A stretch of DNA of 64,000 bases from Escherichia coli (GTDB taxonomy: Bacteria > Pseudomonadota > Gammaproteobacteria > Enterobacterales > Enterobacteriaceae). A model generated the notes under the pieces. That model ran no database searches, had not been told where the DNA came from, and was given only the letters and a program-made list of their open reading frames with translations. Made by a program: the position numbers and the translations under genes. Position 1 is the stretch's first letter. Every line of letters begins with the position of its first letter. Where the stretch lies: assembly GCF_016026235.1 (NCBI RefSeq), contig NZ_CP065613.1; one strand, given 5' to 3'. Below are positions 24,251 to 38,895 of this stretch, one piece after another.

Positions 24251-24997
24251 ATGATCGTTTTAGTAACTGGAGCAACGGCAGGTTTTGGTGAATGCATTAC
24301 TCGTCGTTTTATTCAACAAGGGCATAAAGTTATCGCCACTGGCCGTCGCCAGGAGCGGTTGCAGGAGTTAAAAGACGAACTGGGAGATAATCTGTATATC
24401 GCCCAACTGGACGTTCGCAACCGCGCAGCTATTGAAGAGATGCTGGCATCGCTCCCTGCCGAGTGGTGCAATATTGATATCCTGGTAAATAATGCCGGCC
24501 TGGCGTTGGGCATGGAGCCTGCGCATAAAGCCAGCGTTGAAGACTGGGAAACGATGATTGATACCAACAACAAAGGCCTGGTATATATGACGCGCGCCGT
24601 CTTACCGGGTATGGTTGAACGTAATCATGGTCATATTATTAACATTGGCTCAACGGCAGGTAGCTGGCCGTATGCCGGTGGTAACGTTTACGGTGCGACG
24701 AAAGCGTTTGTTCGTCAGTTTAGCCTGAATCTGCGTACGGACCTGCATGGTACGGCGGTGCGCGTCACCGACATCGAACCGGGTCTGGTGGGTGGCACCG
24801 AGTTTTCCAATGTCCGCTTTAAAGGCGATGACGGTAAAGCGGAAAAAACCTATCAAAATACCGTTGCATTGACGCCAGAAGATGTCAGCGAAGCCGTTTG
24901 GTGGGTGTCAACGCTGCCTGCTCACGTCAATATCAATACCCTGGAAATGATGCCGGTTACCCAAAGCTATGCCGGACTGAATGTCCACCGTCAGTAA
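24251..24997 (+). CDS. ydfG: NADP-dependent 3-hydroxy acid dehydrogenase YdfG (SDR family)
   Basis: ORF 24236-24997; start MIVLVTGATAGFG (Rossmann TGxxxGxG) at 24251. Confidence 0.9.
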   Translation: MIVLVTGATAGFGECITRRFIQQGHKVIATGRRQERLQELKDELGDNLYIAQLDVRNRAAIEEMLASLPAEWCNIDILVNNAGLALGMEPAHKASVEDWETMIDTNNKGLVYMTRAVLPGMVERNHGHIINIGSTAGSWPYAGGNVYGATKAFVRQFSLNLRTDLHGTAVRVTDIEPGLVGGTEFSNVRFKGDDGKAEKTYQNTVALTPEDVSEAVWWVSTLPAHVNINTLEMMPVTQSYAGLNVHRQ

Positions 24998-25085
24998 TTT
25001 TTATACCCGGCGTAACTGCCGGGTTATTGCTTGTCACAAAAAAGTGGTAGACTCATGCAGTTAACTCACTCACAAGCAAGAACGA

Positions 25086-25772
25086 ATGACCGTCGAAACG
25101 CAACTTAATCCCACACAGCCTGTCAATCAGCAAATTTATCGTATCCTTCGTCGCGACATTGTCCATTGCCTGATTGCTCCAGGCACACCGTTGTCGGAAA
25201 AAGAAGTTTCTGTTCGTTTCAATGTGTCACGCCAGCCGGTTCGTGAAGCCTTTATTAAACTGGCGGAAAACGGCCTGATTCAAATTCGTCCACAGCGTGG
25301 CAGCTACGTCAACAAAATTTCCATGGCCCAGGTGCGCAACGGCAGTTTTATCCGTCAGGCCATTGAGTGCGCGGTGGCGCGTCGGGCGGCGAGCATGATT
25401 ACCGAAAGCCAGTGCTACCAACTGGAACAAAATCTTCACCAGCAACGCATTGCCATTGAGCGCAAGCAACTGGATGATTTTTTTGAACTTGATGACAACT
25501 TCCATCAACTCCTGACGCAGATTGCCGACTGTCAACTGGCGTGGGATACCATTGAGAACCTGAAAGCGACCGTTGATCGCGTGCGCTATATGAGTTTCGA
25601 CCATGTTTCTCCACCAGAAATGCTGTTACGCCAGCATCTTGATATTTTCTCTGCCCTGCAAAAACGTGATGGCGATGCGGTAGAACGTGCAATGACGCAA
25701 CATTTGCAGGAAATCAGCGAATCCGTGCGCCAGATCCGCCAGGAAAACAGCGACTGGTTTAGCGAAGAGTAA
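25086..25772 (+). CDS. rspR: GntR/FadR-family regulator RspR (YdfH)
   Basis: 228-aa ORF with N-terminal GntR HTH. Confidence 0.85.
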
Positions 25773-25780
25773 TTCATTTA

Positions 25781-25810
25781 CTCTCATCCCATCCGGGATG
25801 AGAGGCTTTT
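25781..25810 (+). terminator. Rho-independent terminator after rspR
   Basis: Hairpin CTCTCATCCC...GGGATGAGAG followed by TTTT. Confidence 0.55.
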
Positions 25811-25949
25811 CCCCCCGCCTTACGGCTCATGCATGCATCAAAAAAGATGTGAGCTTGATCAAAAACAAAAAATATTTCACTCGACAGGAGTATTTATATT
25901 GCGCCCGTTACGTGGGCTTCGACTGTAAATCAGAAAGGAGAAAACACCT

Positions 25950-26153
25950 ATGACGACCTACGATCGTAACCGTAACGCAATCACCACTGGCAGCCGTGTT
26001 ATGGTTAGCGGCACCGGTCACACTGGCAAGATCCTGTCGATTGATACTGAAGGTCTGACCGCTGAGCAAATCCGCCGCGGAAAAACCGTAGTTGTTGAAG
26101 GTTGTGAAGAGAAACTGGCACCTCTGGACCTGATTCGTCTCGGCATGAACTAA
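25950..26153 (+). CDS. ydfZ: Small protein YdfZ
   Basis: 67-aa [33 protein letters not shown]... Confidence 0.85.
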
Positions 26154-26160
26154 GTGTGTG

Positions 26161-26190
26161 AATGCCGCCGATGGCGGCATTGCTTTTTTT
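26161..26190. terminator. Bidirectional terminator between ydfZ and ydfI
   Basis: Hairpin AATGCCGCCGATGGCGGCATT followed by T7. Confidence 0.6.
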
Positions 26191-27649
26191 ACTTCACGGA
26201 ATATTTCGCCACGGTCGCTTTCGCGCCATGCGCTAATAAAGACAAGTACGCTTCCGTCACTTTTGCAGTAAACAAGCTATTGTCTGGCAAATCATCACCA
26301 AAGATTGCCTTAATCGCCAGCAATGACTGGACGCGCGCTTTCCCTTCGGCACTACTTTGTACAGCCTTCTGAATAACAGGTAACAGTGGGTCACTGATTT
26401 CTATCGGATTTCCCTGTTCATCAACACCACCGACATAACGCATCCAACCCGCGACGCCCAGCGCCAGCAGATCGAACTTGCTGTCATGCGCCAGATGCCA
26501 GCGAACAGAATCCAACATCCGCTGTGGCAATTTCTGGCTACCATCCATCGCAATCTGCCAGGTTCGATGACGTAACGCCGGGTTGCTATAGCGTTCAATT
26601 AATCGGTTAGCGTAATCTTGCAAATCAACGCCCTGCACTTTCAGCGTCGGCGCTTGTTCCTGCAACATCAAGCCATACGCCGCATAACGATAATGTTCAT
26701 CTTCCATGCAGTCATTAATGTGCTGATATCCAGCAAGATAACCCAAATACGCCAGGAATGAATGACTGCCGTTGAGCATGCGCAACTTCATCTCTTCATA
26801 AGGCAGCACATCACTAACCAGTTCGGCTCCCGCTTTTTCCCATTCTGGACGTCCGGCAACAAAGTTATCTTCTATTACCCACTGGCGGAAAGGTTCACAG
26901 GCAACGCCCGCAGGATCGCCCACACCGGTAAGTTGTTCGATTTTCGCCAGCGTATCCTCTGTCACTGCGGGCACAATACGGTCCACCATTGTTGATGGGA
27001 AAGTCACGTTATCTTCGATCCATTGTGCCAGTTTTTCATCAACGGCTTGCGCGTAGGAAGTGACAACGTCACGCATAACATGACCGTTTTCTGGCATGTT
27101 GTCACATGACATGACGGTAAATGCGGGAAGTCCTGCCGCTTTACGGCGAGCCAGCGCCTCAACAATCACCCCTGTTGCTGTTTTCGGCTGGTGGGGATTT
27201 TGCACGTCGGCAACGACCATCGGGTGATCGAGCATTAACTGTCCGGTCGCCGGAGAGTGGAAATACCCTTTTTCGGTGATTGTCAGAGAGACAATCGCGA
27301 TTTGTGGTTCACACATCGCAGCCAACACGGTTTCTAAGCCATCCATCTGTACGTGCAAGGCTTTTTTAACGACGCCAACGACGCGAGCCGTCCACGCATC
27401 GGCCGACATTTCCGCAACGGTATAAAGATTATCTTGCTGTTGTAAATCGGCAATTTGCTGTTCGCCACCGATTAAGTTGACCTCATAATATCCCCAGTCA
27501 CTGAAATGTTCTGTAGCAAGAATATCGGCATACACGCCCTGATGCGCACGGTGAAATGCACCAAAGCCTAAATGAACAATTCTTGGGGCCAGGTTATTAC
27601 GATCATAAACAGGGAGTGTCGCTTTTGCTGATAACAAATTATTTCCCAT
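26189..27649 (-). CDS. ydfI: Mannitol-dehydrogenase-family oxidoreductase YdfI
   Basis: 486-aa ORF, Rossmann-like N-terminus. Confidence 0.85.
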   Translation of the reverse strand: MGNNLLSAKATLPVYDRNNLAPRIVHLGFGAFHRAHQGVYADILATEHFSDWGYYEVNLIGGEQQIADLQQQDNLYTVAEMSADAWTARVVGVVKKALHVQMDGLETVLAAMCEPQIAIVSLTITEKGYFHSPATGQLMLDHPMVVADVQNPHQPKTATGVIVEALARRKAAGLPAFTVMSCDNMPENGHVMRDVVTSYAQAVDEKLAQWIEDNVTFPSTMVDRIVPAVTEDTLAKIEQLTGVGDPAGVACEPFRQWVIEDNFVAGRPEWEKAGAELVSDVLPYEEMKLRMLNGSHSFLAYLGYLAGYQHINDCMEDEHYRYAAYGLMLQEQAPTLKVQGVDLQDYANRLIERYSNPALRHRTWQIAMDGSQKLPQRMLDSVRWHLAHDSKFDLLALGVAGWMRYVGGVDEQGNPIEISDPLLPVIQKAVQSSAEGKARVQSLLAIKAIFGDDLPDNSLFTAKVTEAYLSLLAHGAKATVAKYSVK

Positions 27650-27738
27650 AACAATTCCTTAAATTTAAATATGGCAAGCTACATGTTTTGTTATATGAAT
27701 AAAAAATCCCCTCTCCGGTAAGAGAAGGGATTAAGGAT

Positions 27739-29022
27739 TTAAAGACTTCTGGAAGGTTGCGCAGCTCTTACAACACGCGGTTGATCTTCCGCAGCGTCTT
27801 CCAGCGCACTTAAATCACGGTCTTTCACTTCTGGCATTTTCAGCGCAGAGATTAAACCAATCACTGAATATGCCATGATCATAATGGCGATCGGATACCA
27901 GGATTCCGTCATGGTGCAGAAAATACCCGCCAGGATAGGACCAAAACCGGAAGCGATAAGACCACCAATTTCTTTAGAAATAGCCATCCGGGTAAAGCGG
28001 TTTTTACAGCCGAACATTTCTGCCATGGTAATGTTTTCCAGAGCAAATAATCCCAGCACCGCACAGTTATGAATCACAATCAGTGCAACCATAATGGTGC
28101 TCGGGGCATAGCTTTTATCTACGATGATAGAAAGCATTGGCCATGCCAGCACAATCGCGGAGGTATTCATAATAATATACGGGATCCGGCGACCAATTTT
28201 ATCGGATAACCAACCAAGGAACGGAATGGTCATAAAGCCGAGAATCGAACTAATCATCAATGCATCTGTTGGAATTGCTTTGTTAAACAATAACGTCTGC
28301 ACTAAATAGCCTGCAAGGAAAGTCTGAATTAACCCGGAGTTACCCGCCTGACCAAAACGCAGCCCTGTTGCCAGCCAGAAGGATTTGCTCTGGAACATGC
28401 TACCAGCAGGTGCAGGTTTTGCTGTCGGTTGGTTGCTGTCATTAACCTTCTCAAAGACCGGGCTTTCTTTCAGATTCATACGTAACCAGATAGCAAAGAC
28501 CATCACGACAACGCTCGCCAGGAACGGTATACGCCATCCCCACGCCAGCAGTTCCTCTTTACTGAGAATGAAGAACATAAAGGCCCAGATTGCCGTTGCG
28601 CTCAAGGTTCCGCAGTTAGTTCCCATAGCTACAAATGAGGAGATAATTCCGCGCTTACCTTTTGGCGCATATTCCGCCAGCATCGTACCGGCACCGGAAA
28701 TTTCCGCACCTGCACCCAATCCCTGAATAATACGCAGCGTCACCAGCAAAATGGGTGCAAAAACACCAATCTGTGCATAGGTCGGTAACACACCAATTAA
28801 GGTGGTACAGATCCCCATCATGGTGATGGTAATAAAGAGCACTTTTTTACGCCCTATTCTGTCGCCCATTTTGCCGAAAATAAATGCTCCGACAATACGC
28901 GCCACATAACCTGCACCGTAGGTTCCCATTGCCAAAATTAACGCCATTGCCGTTGATGATTCAGGAAAAAATATTTCATGAAACACTAACGCTGCGCCGA
29001 GCGAATATAACTGGAAATCCAT
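27739..29022 (-). CDS. ydfJ: MFS metabolite transporter YdfJ, apparently N-terminally truncated at the prophage junction
   Basis: 427-aa ORF starts inside the first TM helix with a stop two codons upstream in frame; ProP-like MFS proteins carry about 25 more N-terminal residues. Confidence 0.75.
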   Translation of the reverse strand: MDFQLYSLGAALVFHEIFFPESSTAMALILAMGTYGAGYVARIVGAFIFGKMGDRIGRKKVLFITITMMGICTTLIGVLPTYAQIGVFAPILLVTLRIIQGLGAGAEISGAGTMLAEYAPKGKRGIISSFVAMGTNCGTLSATAIWAFMFFILSKEELLAWGWRIPFLASVVVMVFAIWLRMNLKESPVFEKVNDSNQPTAKPAPAGSMFQSKSFWLATGLRFGQAGNSGLIQTFLAGYLVQTLLFNKAIPTDALMISSILGFMTIPFLGWLSDKIGRRIPYIIMNTSAIVLAWPMLSIIVDKSYAPSTIMVALIVIHNCAVLGLFALENITMAEMFGCKNRFTRMAISKEIGGLIASGFGPILAGIFCTMTESWYPIAIMIMAYSVIGLISALKMPEVKDRDLSALEDAAEDQPRVVRAAQPSRSL

Positions 29023-29626
29023 AATTCACAGGTGTTTTTTCCCATCCTGTGGTTTCCTTGGCGTTTTCTAGGTTTTTTCAGATAGTTGCATTTTTTAAAA
29101 AGCATCCTAAGTTCGATCTCAGTGTCTATCTGGGGCCTATTTCTGTCCCATATATGCCCCAAAAAAAACTCCCCAACAGATAAGTAGTTTTTTCATGGAT
29201 TTATGCGTAAAATCAAGAACGGCTGGAAATCATTCAATACTCACACTATCGAAAAATTTACCAGCCAACCGCAGCACGTTCTTGCATAAGGCGTGTCTGC
29301 GGTTTTTCAACTATTCAGATACATCACTCCCATCACATTCATTCCTCCGCATCAAAGGCATATAGGCTATATCACCTTGATATTTTTCTTTTTCAGATAA
29401 AAACTGTTATCTATGTATACTTTTAAACCCAATCCGTGTAGAGTCTCTGCATAAGATAGTTTACAGTTGCCGCTTCAGCTTGCGCCATAAACCGCCTGAT
29501 TTTTGCTGCCACCTGTTAGCATTCCTGTATACCTGAAACGACAATGTTTATCTACGAACTTTAAGAACACCCAAGATAAAAATTGTCAACTATATCATAT
29601 ATAACACATTACTAATTCGAGGCTAT

Positions 29627-29740
29627 ATGAACAGCATACTGATAATCACATCTCTCCTTATCATATTCAGCATTTTTAGTCATGCCCTAATAAAATTAGG
29701 GATTGGCATATCCAATAACCCAGACAAAACCGATGTATAA
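29627..29740 (+). CDS. Candidate small hydrophobic protein (37 aa) upstream of ydfK
   Basis: ATG with a GAGG Shine-Dalgarno 7 nt upstream; encodes [37 protein letters not shown] (one predicted TM helix). Confidence 0.3.
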
Positions 29741-29775
29741 GTCAACATATCCTGAATCAGACATACAATATCGCA

Positions 29776-30042
29776 ATGAAAATCAATAATATTTTAAGGA
29801 ATATCTTCATGAAATCAAAAGACACCCTAAAGTGGTTCCCTGCGCAGCTTCCTGAAGTAAGAATTATCCTAGGGGATGCTGTAGTGGAAGTAGCAAAACA
29901 GGGAAGACCTATCAATACCAGAACATTGCTTGATTACATTGAAGGAAACATAAAGAAAAAATCATGGCTGGATAACAAAGAATTATTACAAACAGCGATA
30001 TCAGTTCTTAAAGACAACCAAAATTTAAATGGTAAAATGTAA
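29776..30042 (+). CDS. ydfK: Prophage cold-shock-associated protein YdfK (alternative start at 29809 giving 77 aa)
   Basis: 88-aa ORF; internal MKSKDTLKWFPAQLPEVRIILGDAVVEVAK... matches YdfK/YnaE-type prophage proteins as recalled. Confidence 0.75.
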   Translation: MKINNILRNIFMKSKDTLKWFPAQLPEVRIILGDAVVEVAKQGRPINTRTLLDYIEGNIKKKSWLDNKELLQTAISVLKDNQNLNGKM

Positions 30043-30358
30043 TATAATAAACTTACTTTTTTATCATTTTTCCACTTTAACAACATTTTGCTCCACTTTT
30101 CCACGACCAAACAACTTGAAATCTGGTTAAAATAACACGCAACACTATTCTTCTTCCTTGAGTCCGCCCGGAACTCGAAAAACAAACCGAGTTAAAGCCA
30201 TTTTTCACAAAATCGATTTTGGGTCTCACCAAAATTACGGGGTTGCATACGCATTCGTTTATTTTCGAACGTGTACATACAAATATGCACAAAAATAATC
30301 ATAATTATTTTCTGAGATGCATTATGATATGAACACCAATTTCGTATAGAGTCTCACT

Positions 30359-30949
30359 ATGTCTCGAATTTTTGCTTACTGTCGGATATCAACGCTGGAT
30401 CAGACCACCGAAAATCAACGCCGGGAAATCGAAAGTGCAGGTTTTAAAATCAAACCTCAGCAAATAATCGAAGAACACATTAGCGGCTCAGCAGCAACCA
30501 GTGAGCGTCCTGGTTTTAACCGGTTGCTTGCTCGCCTGAAATGTGGTGATCAATTGATTGTGACAAAACTGGATCGCCTTGGTTGTAATGCAATGGATAT
30601 CAGGAAAACAGTGGAACAACTGACCGAAACAGGTATCAGAGTGCATTGCTTAGCATTGGGTGGCATTGACCTGACCAGTCCAACAGGAAAAATGATGATG
30701 CAAGTAATTTCAGCAGTCGCTGAATTTGAACGAGACCTTTTACTTGAACGCACTCATTCCGGGATAGTAAGAGCCCGCGGCGCAGGGAAACGTTTTGGTC
30801 GACCACCTGTGTTAAATGAAGAACAGAAACAGGTGGTATTCGAACGAATTAAGTCAGGTGTAAGTATAAGTGCCATTGCCCGGGAATTCAAAACCTCGCG
30901 GCAAACCATTTTAAGAGCCAAAGCAAAACTTCAGACACCTGACATATAA
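30359..30949 (+). CDS. pinQ: Serine-recombinase DNA invertase Pin (Gin/Hin/Cin family)
   Basis: 196-aa [23 protein letters not shown]... with catalytic Ser in the RIS motif and C-terminal HTH. Confidence 0.9.
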
Positions 30950-31046
30950 AAAATAATCTCGGTGTGAGATGCTTTACGTCTTCCAAGCCCCCTTCCTTGC
31001 CGTAAATGGAAAGATACATCTAATTATAGAATTTATATGTTTTACC

Positions 31047-31622
31047 CTACGGCAGTGCTGGCCATTCAATATCCTGTGCAGTTGACGTATCAACACGGTT
31101 CAGCAATACCCGATACTTTTTCCATGCTTCCAGCAACGAGATTTCTTCCTCCGTTGCAATTTCCAGATCTGCAGCATCCTGAAGCGGCGCAATATGCTCA
31201 CTGGCTACCTGCATCAGGTTGTTTTTTGTTTCTTCCGCCTCCCGGATCCGGAACAGTTTTTCTGCTTCCGTATCCTTCACCCAGGCTGTGCCGTTCCACT
31301 TCTGAAACTCCCCTTCCGGCGATAACCAGGTAACATTTTCCGGTAACGGACCGAGTTCAGAAATAAATAACGCGTCGCCGGAAGCCACGTCATAAACCGT
31401 TTTACCCCGATGATCTTCAACGAGATGCCACGATGACTCATCACTGTTGAAAACAGCCACGAAGCCAGCCGGAATATCTGGCGGTGCAATATCGGTACTG
31501 TTTGCTGGCAGACCTGTATGAGGCGGAATATATGCATCACCTTCACCAATAAATTCATTAGTTCCGGCCAGCAGATTATAAATTTTTATGGTCCGTGGTT
31601 GTTCACTCATTCTGAATGCCAT
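31047..31622 (-). CDS. tfaQ: Tail fiber assembly protein Tfa
   Basis: 191-aa ORF directly downstream of the stf C-terminal segment. Confidence 0.85.
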
Positions 31623-34600
31623 TATGCAAGCCTCACAATATAGTTAAATGCGATGTTTTTGACGGTGTTTTCCGCGTTACCAGCAGCGTTAACGGTGATG
31701 GTGTGTCCATGTGAACCAATCGCAACGGAGTGCGTATGAGCACCAATACCGACAGTATGCGCGTGTGCACCTGCAGATGCTGCTGTGCCGGACAGTGAGT
31801 GGCTATGATTACCATCTGTACTGGTATTAGCTAACCACCCCGTAGACATACCTACTGAGCCTTGTACACCCCAGGTATTTTGACCTGAGCTTGTATAACC
31901 ATATTGATAAGTATCTTTAAAAACACTGGGGTTAAATCGACGGCCATCTCTATGGCTGTGATTACCAGCTGCATTCGTGCTGCCACTTAAACTATGGGTA
32001 TGCGCACCAGTGTTATTCGTGGATTTAGTGCCGTAATCAAACGACGATGTGGTTTTCGTCCCCAAATCCGTACTGGATGCGCTGGCGCTGTGGGTATGCG
32101 ATTTAATGCCGTCCTATTCCTGAGACAATACGGCCCGACCACTGGTAGGTTTGCCCTTAATCGTCCAGCCACGCATATCAGGGATCACGCCTGACGGATA
32201 AGCCGCTGCAAGTTTCGGGTATGCAGATTTGTCAAAAGTCTGCCCCTGCATCAGGGCATAGCCAGACGGAACGGTATCTGATGGCCACGGGATTGGTGCA
32301 CCGACTGGATAAAACTCTGCAGGAGGATGAGCCGAGGTGTAAAGCTGCGCCCACGGCGACCAGTTTGCGTCGGTCGTATCCCGTCGTGAACGAATAAATG
32401 CCGGAGCATGAGCACCGCTTGTACCACTCCAGCCGATGAGTAACTCACCTTCGCCAACGGCTGTCATCCCTTTCAGGTGAATGATATTTCCATACGCTGT
32501 TGGATATCCGTTGTTATACACCTCGTATAACTCAAGACCTGTTGCCCCCTGCGTATTGTCTGTCAGCGCGGTTACCCGACCTTTTGAAGACAGATTAACT
32601 GATGATACTGCTGTTCCACCTGACGGTAACGCCCCGATCTCTGATGCCGTTGGCTTATTTCTGGAGTTATAGTCCCTTCGCCAGCCAGGTGAATAATCTG
32701 TTCCGTGATTAATATAGGTAAACTGGGCGTTAGTTGTTCCACCACCAGTGGAGGTGGTCGGTGTGGTAATGCGGATCGTCATCGCTGACTTTATCCCCAT
32801 TACTTCAATGACAGCTCCGGCGAGATGAATATTACCGCAGTCAGTATCAGTAATGATTTTATTATTGCCATAAGACCAGGAACCCTTGCACATCCAGTAG
32901 GGATGGTTAAATGCTCCCTGAGAATCCAGCCACTCGATAAACTGTGCAGTCGTCCAGTTTCCTGTTATTGTGCTTACTGACCCACCAAAGGCACGGCAGG
33001 CACCAATATTTTTCGTAAAGGTGTCTTTGCCAGGGATATCCGCACCGTTCTGATCTTTCTGCAGACGTTTCTCAGCATTGTCATAGGCTGTTTTTACTGC
33101 CTTTGGTGTCGCGGCAAGCGTTTCAGACGTGCTGTTGGTCGCGCTGCTTAGCTGGATTATCCCTTTCTGTGCTGTCGTTGCATCCTGTGCGGTGTATTTC
33201 CCGTTAGCCAGGTCATACGCGGCCTTAACGGCTTTTGGTGTTGCCGCCAGTGACTCGGAAGTGCTGTTAGTCGCACTACTGAGCTGTACTATCCCCTTTT
33301 TCGTCGTGCTCGCATCCTCAAGCGCCACAGCGGATGCAATATCCTCTGCCCGTTTTGCTGCTGTCTCGGCGCGCGTTGCTGCGGATTCTGCCGTACTCTT
33401 GCTCTGTGCTGCCGCCGTCGCACTGCCAGCAGCCTCTGTTGCCTTCGTGGATGCCGTCGTGGCGCTGCCCTTCGCTGCTGACGCTTGTCTGGTCGCCTCA
33501 TCTTTTGAAGCAGACGCCGATGAGGCCGATGACGCCGCCGAACTGGCGGACGATGCGGCAGCCGTTTTTGAGGATTCTGCGCTGGTTTCCGACGCTTTCG
33601 CGTTCGTTTCGGATGTCTTCGCTGCGGAAGCTGACCTCGCTGCTGCGCTGGCCTGTTCAGTGGCTTCGCCAGCCTTCGTTGTGGCTGTTGAAGCGGATGA
33701 TGCGGCGCTTTCTGCCGATTTTCCGGCGGCGATGGCACTGGCTGAGGCCTGCCCGGCACTTGTTGACGCGGCACTGGCAGACGACGCAGCCGCTGTTTTT
33801 GAGCCTGCCGCAGCTGAGGCGCTCTGTCCCGCTGCCGTCTCAGAAGACCTGGCGTTCGTCTCGGACGTTTTTGCCGCCTTCGCGGAATTTGCTGCCGCCG
33901 TTGCCGAGGAAGCTGCGCTACTGGCGCTCGAGGATGCGTTCGTTTCTGATGATTTTGCCGCCTCTTTTGAAGCCGACGCATCCTGGGCTGAGGTGGCAGC
34001 TTCTGACGCTTTCGTAGTCGCGGTGGATGCAGAAGTGGCTGCTGATTGTTGTGACGCTGCAGCATTCGTTTCTGACGTTTTCGCGGCACTGGCACTGGTA
34101 GCTGCCGCGCTTTTTGAGGACTCTGCAGCGGCAGCACTTTTTGATGCTTCAGTGGCCTTTGCTGATGCCGTTCCTGCGCTGGAAGACGCTGACTGAGCCG
34201 ACGACGCGGCCTGTCCGGCTGACGTGCTGGCTGCGCGTGCTAAGCCTGCAGCATCAGTTGCATGGGTTGCCGCCTCACGGGCTGATGTGCCGGCATCGCT
34301 GGCTGACTTCTTCGCGGCTGCTGTGTTCTGTGCCACCGCGGACGCGTTACGCGCCACCTCTTCCACCATCAGTTCAAAACGTCGCAGTGCCTCCGGACGG
34401 GCATCATCCTCCGTCATGGCACCGAGAAAATCATTCAGCGTACCGGGTTGAGAATCTTCATACACGGTGATGGTCCCGGCATGTGACGGCGGGAATCCTT
34501 CCACCAACAGAATAACGCTGTACTGACCGTACTCAACGTCCATGCTGTAACGCCCGGCTTCATCCGGATTTTCTGAGGCCAGCGTGTTCACCACCACCGC

Positions 34601-34693
34601 GGTGCTGTTACGTTTTGCTTTCAGCTGGATTGTGCAGTTCTGTACCGGTTTTCCTGTGCCGTCTTTCAGTACACCTGAAATCTTTACTGCCAT
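31622..34693 (-). pseudogene. stfQ: Side tail fiber Stf, interrupted by an in-frame amber codon at 32114-32116
   Basis: 873-aa ORF (lambda-Stf-like [26 protein letters not shown]... start at 34693) and a 147-aa ORF with His-rich tail-fiber repeats share one frame, separated only by TAG. Confidence 0.7.
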
Positions 34694-34756
34694 ATTCACC
34701 CCACAAAAAGCCCGCCTGAACCAGCGGGCTGTCATAACACTGTGTTACCTGGCTAA

Positions 34757-35356
34757 TCAGAACTTATAACCGACACCCACGATGAAACCGTCAGTGCGCC
34801 AGTCGCCACTGCCGGAACCTTCATAAGCAAGGTCAATGGCCACGGATTCGGTCGGGTTAAACTGCACGCCAGCTCCCCACGCCAGAGACGTGTTGCTGTG
34901 GCGACCGTCATCACTTCCGGTCAGCACGTCGTGCGTTTTCCCCTTGTTGTCAGTTACGCGGAGATAATCCCCGGAGAAAGTCGACACACGGCTGTAAGCC
35001 ATACCCGCCATCGCATACGCGCTGAACCATTCATTCACGCGCACAGACGGCCCCACCATCACGCTGAACCAGCGGTTACGCACGGAATCTTCATGCCAGC
35101 GGGTATCGCTGTAACGGGTAAGCTGGCGATTCTTGTCTCCTGCATAGCTGAATGACGTCACCAGCCCCAGTGTGTCCGTAAACTCATAACGGTATTTCAC
35201 GTTAATCCCGTTAAGATCATCGCTGCCGGGAACGTTCGTCGAGGCATGAAGATACCCCGCGCTCAGCGTGGACTGATGTTCAGATGCCCATGCAGGCGCA
35301 CCGGATACGGCCAGACAAATGGCTGCGGACAAAATGGCGGCATAAAGTTTACGCAT
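34757..35356 (-). CDS. lom: Lom-like outer-membrane protein (Ail/Lom/OmpX family)
   Basis: 199-aa ORF with signal peptide and beta-barrel pattern, ending ...VGVGYKF. Confidence 0.85.
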
Positions 35357-35380
35357 AATTACCTCTCGCTTTTCTGCAAT

Positions 35381-35404
35381 AAAAAAGGCACCATTTCTGG
35401 TGCC
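35381..35404 (-). terminator. Hairpin plus U-run on the minus strand between J and lom
   Basis: Minus strand reads GGCACCAGAAATGGTGCC followed by TTTTTT. Confidence 0.45.
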
Positions 35405-35425
35405 CTTATATGGGTTATAACAATT

Positions 35426-38838
<3,413 letters not shown>

Positions 38839-38895
38839 TCACGCTCCATAAACGACAAAACCGCCCGGAGGCGGTTTCACATAAAACGTTTTTCA

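Noticed and set aside
29934-30292. Minus-strand ORFs of 83 and 71 aa upstream of pin
   Set aside because: They lie in AT-rich, low-complexity DNA opposite the ydfK 3' end and pin leader, with no ribosome-binding site and odd composition (Phe/Lys/Cys-rich); probably non-coding.
32066-32122. Intact Gin/Pin crossover (gix-like) site at the stf constant/variable junction
   Set aside because: Only a TTCCTG / CAGGAA half-site fragment matches; the rest of the 26-bp dyad is not recognisable.
33129-34196. Ala-rich 355-aa plus-strand ORF and overlapping 282- and 227-aa ORFs inside stf
   Set aside because: Reverse or alternate-frame readings of the repetitive Ala/Ser/Thr-coding tract of stf; low-complexity artefacts.
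33100-34250. Possible CRISPR array suggested by the tandem repeats
   Set aside because: The repeats are protein-coding (tail fiber motifs), imperfect and of unequal length, with no spacer/repeat regularity and no cas genes; not CRISPR.
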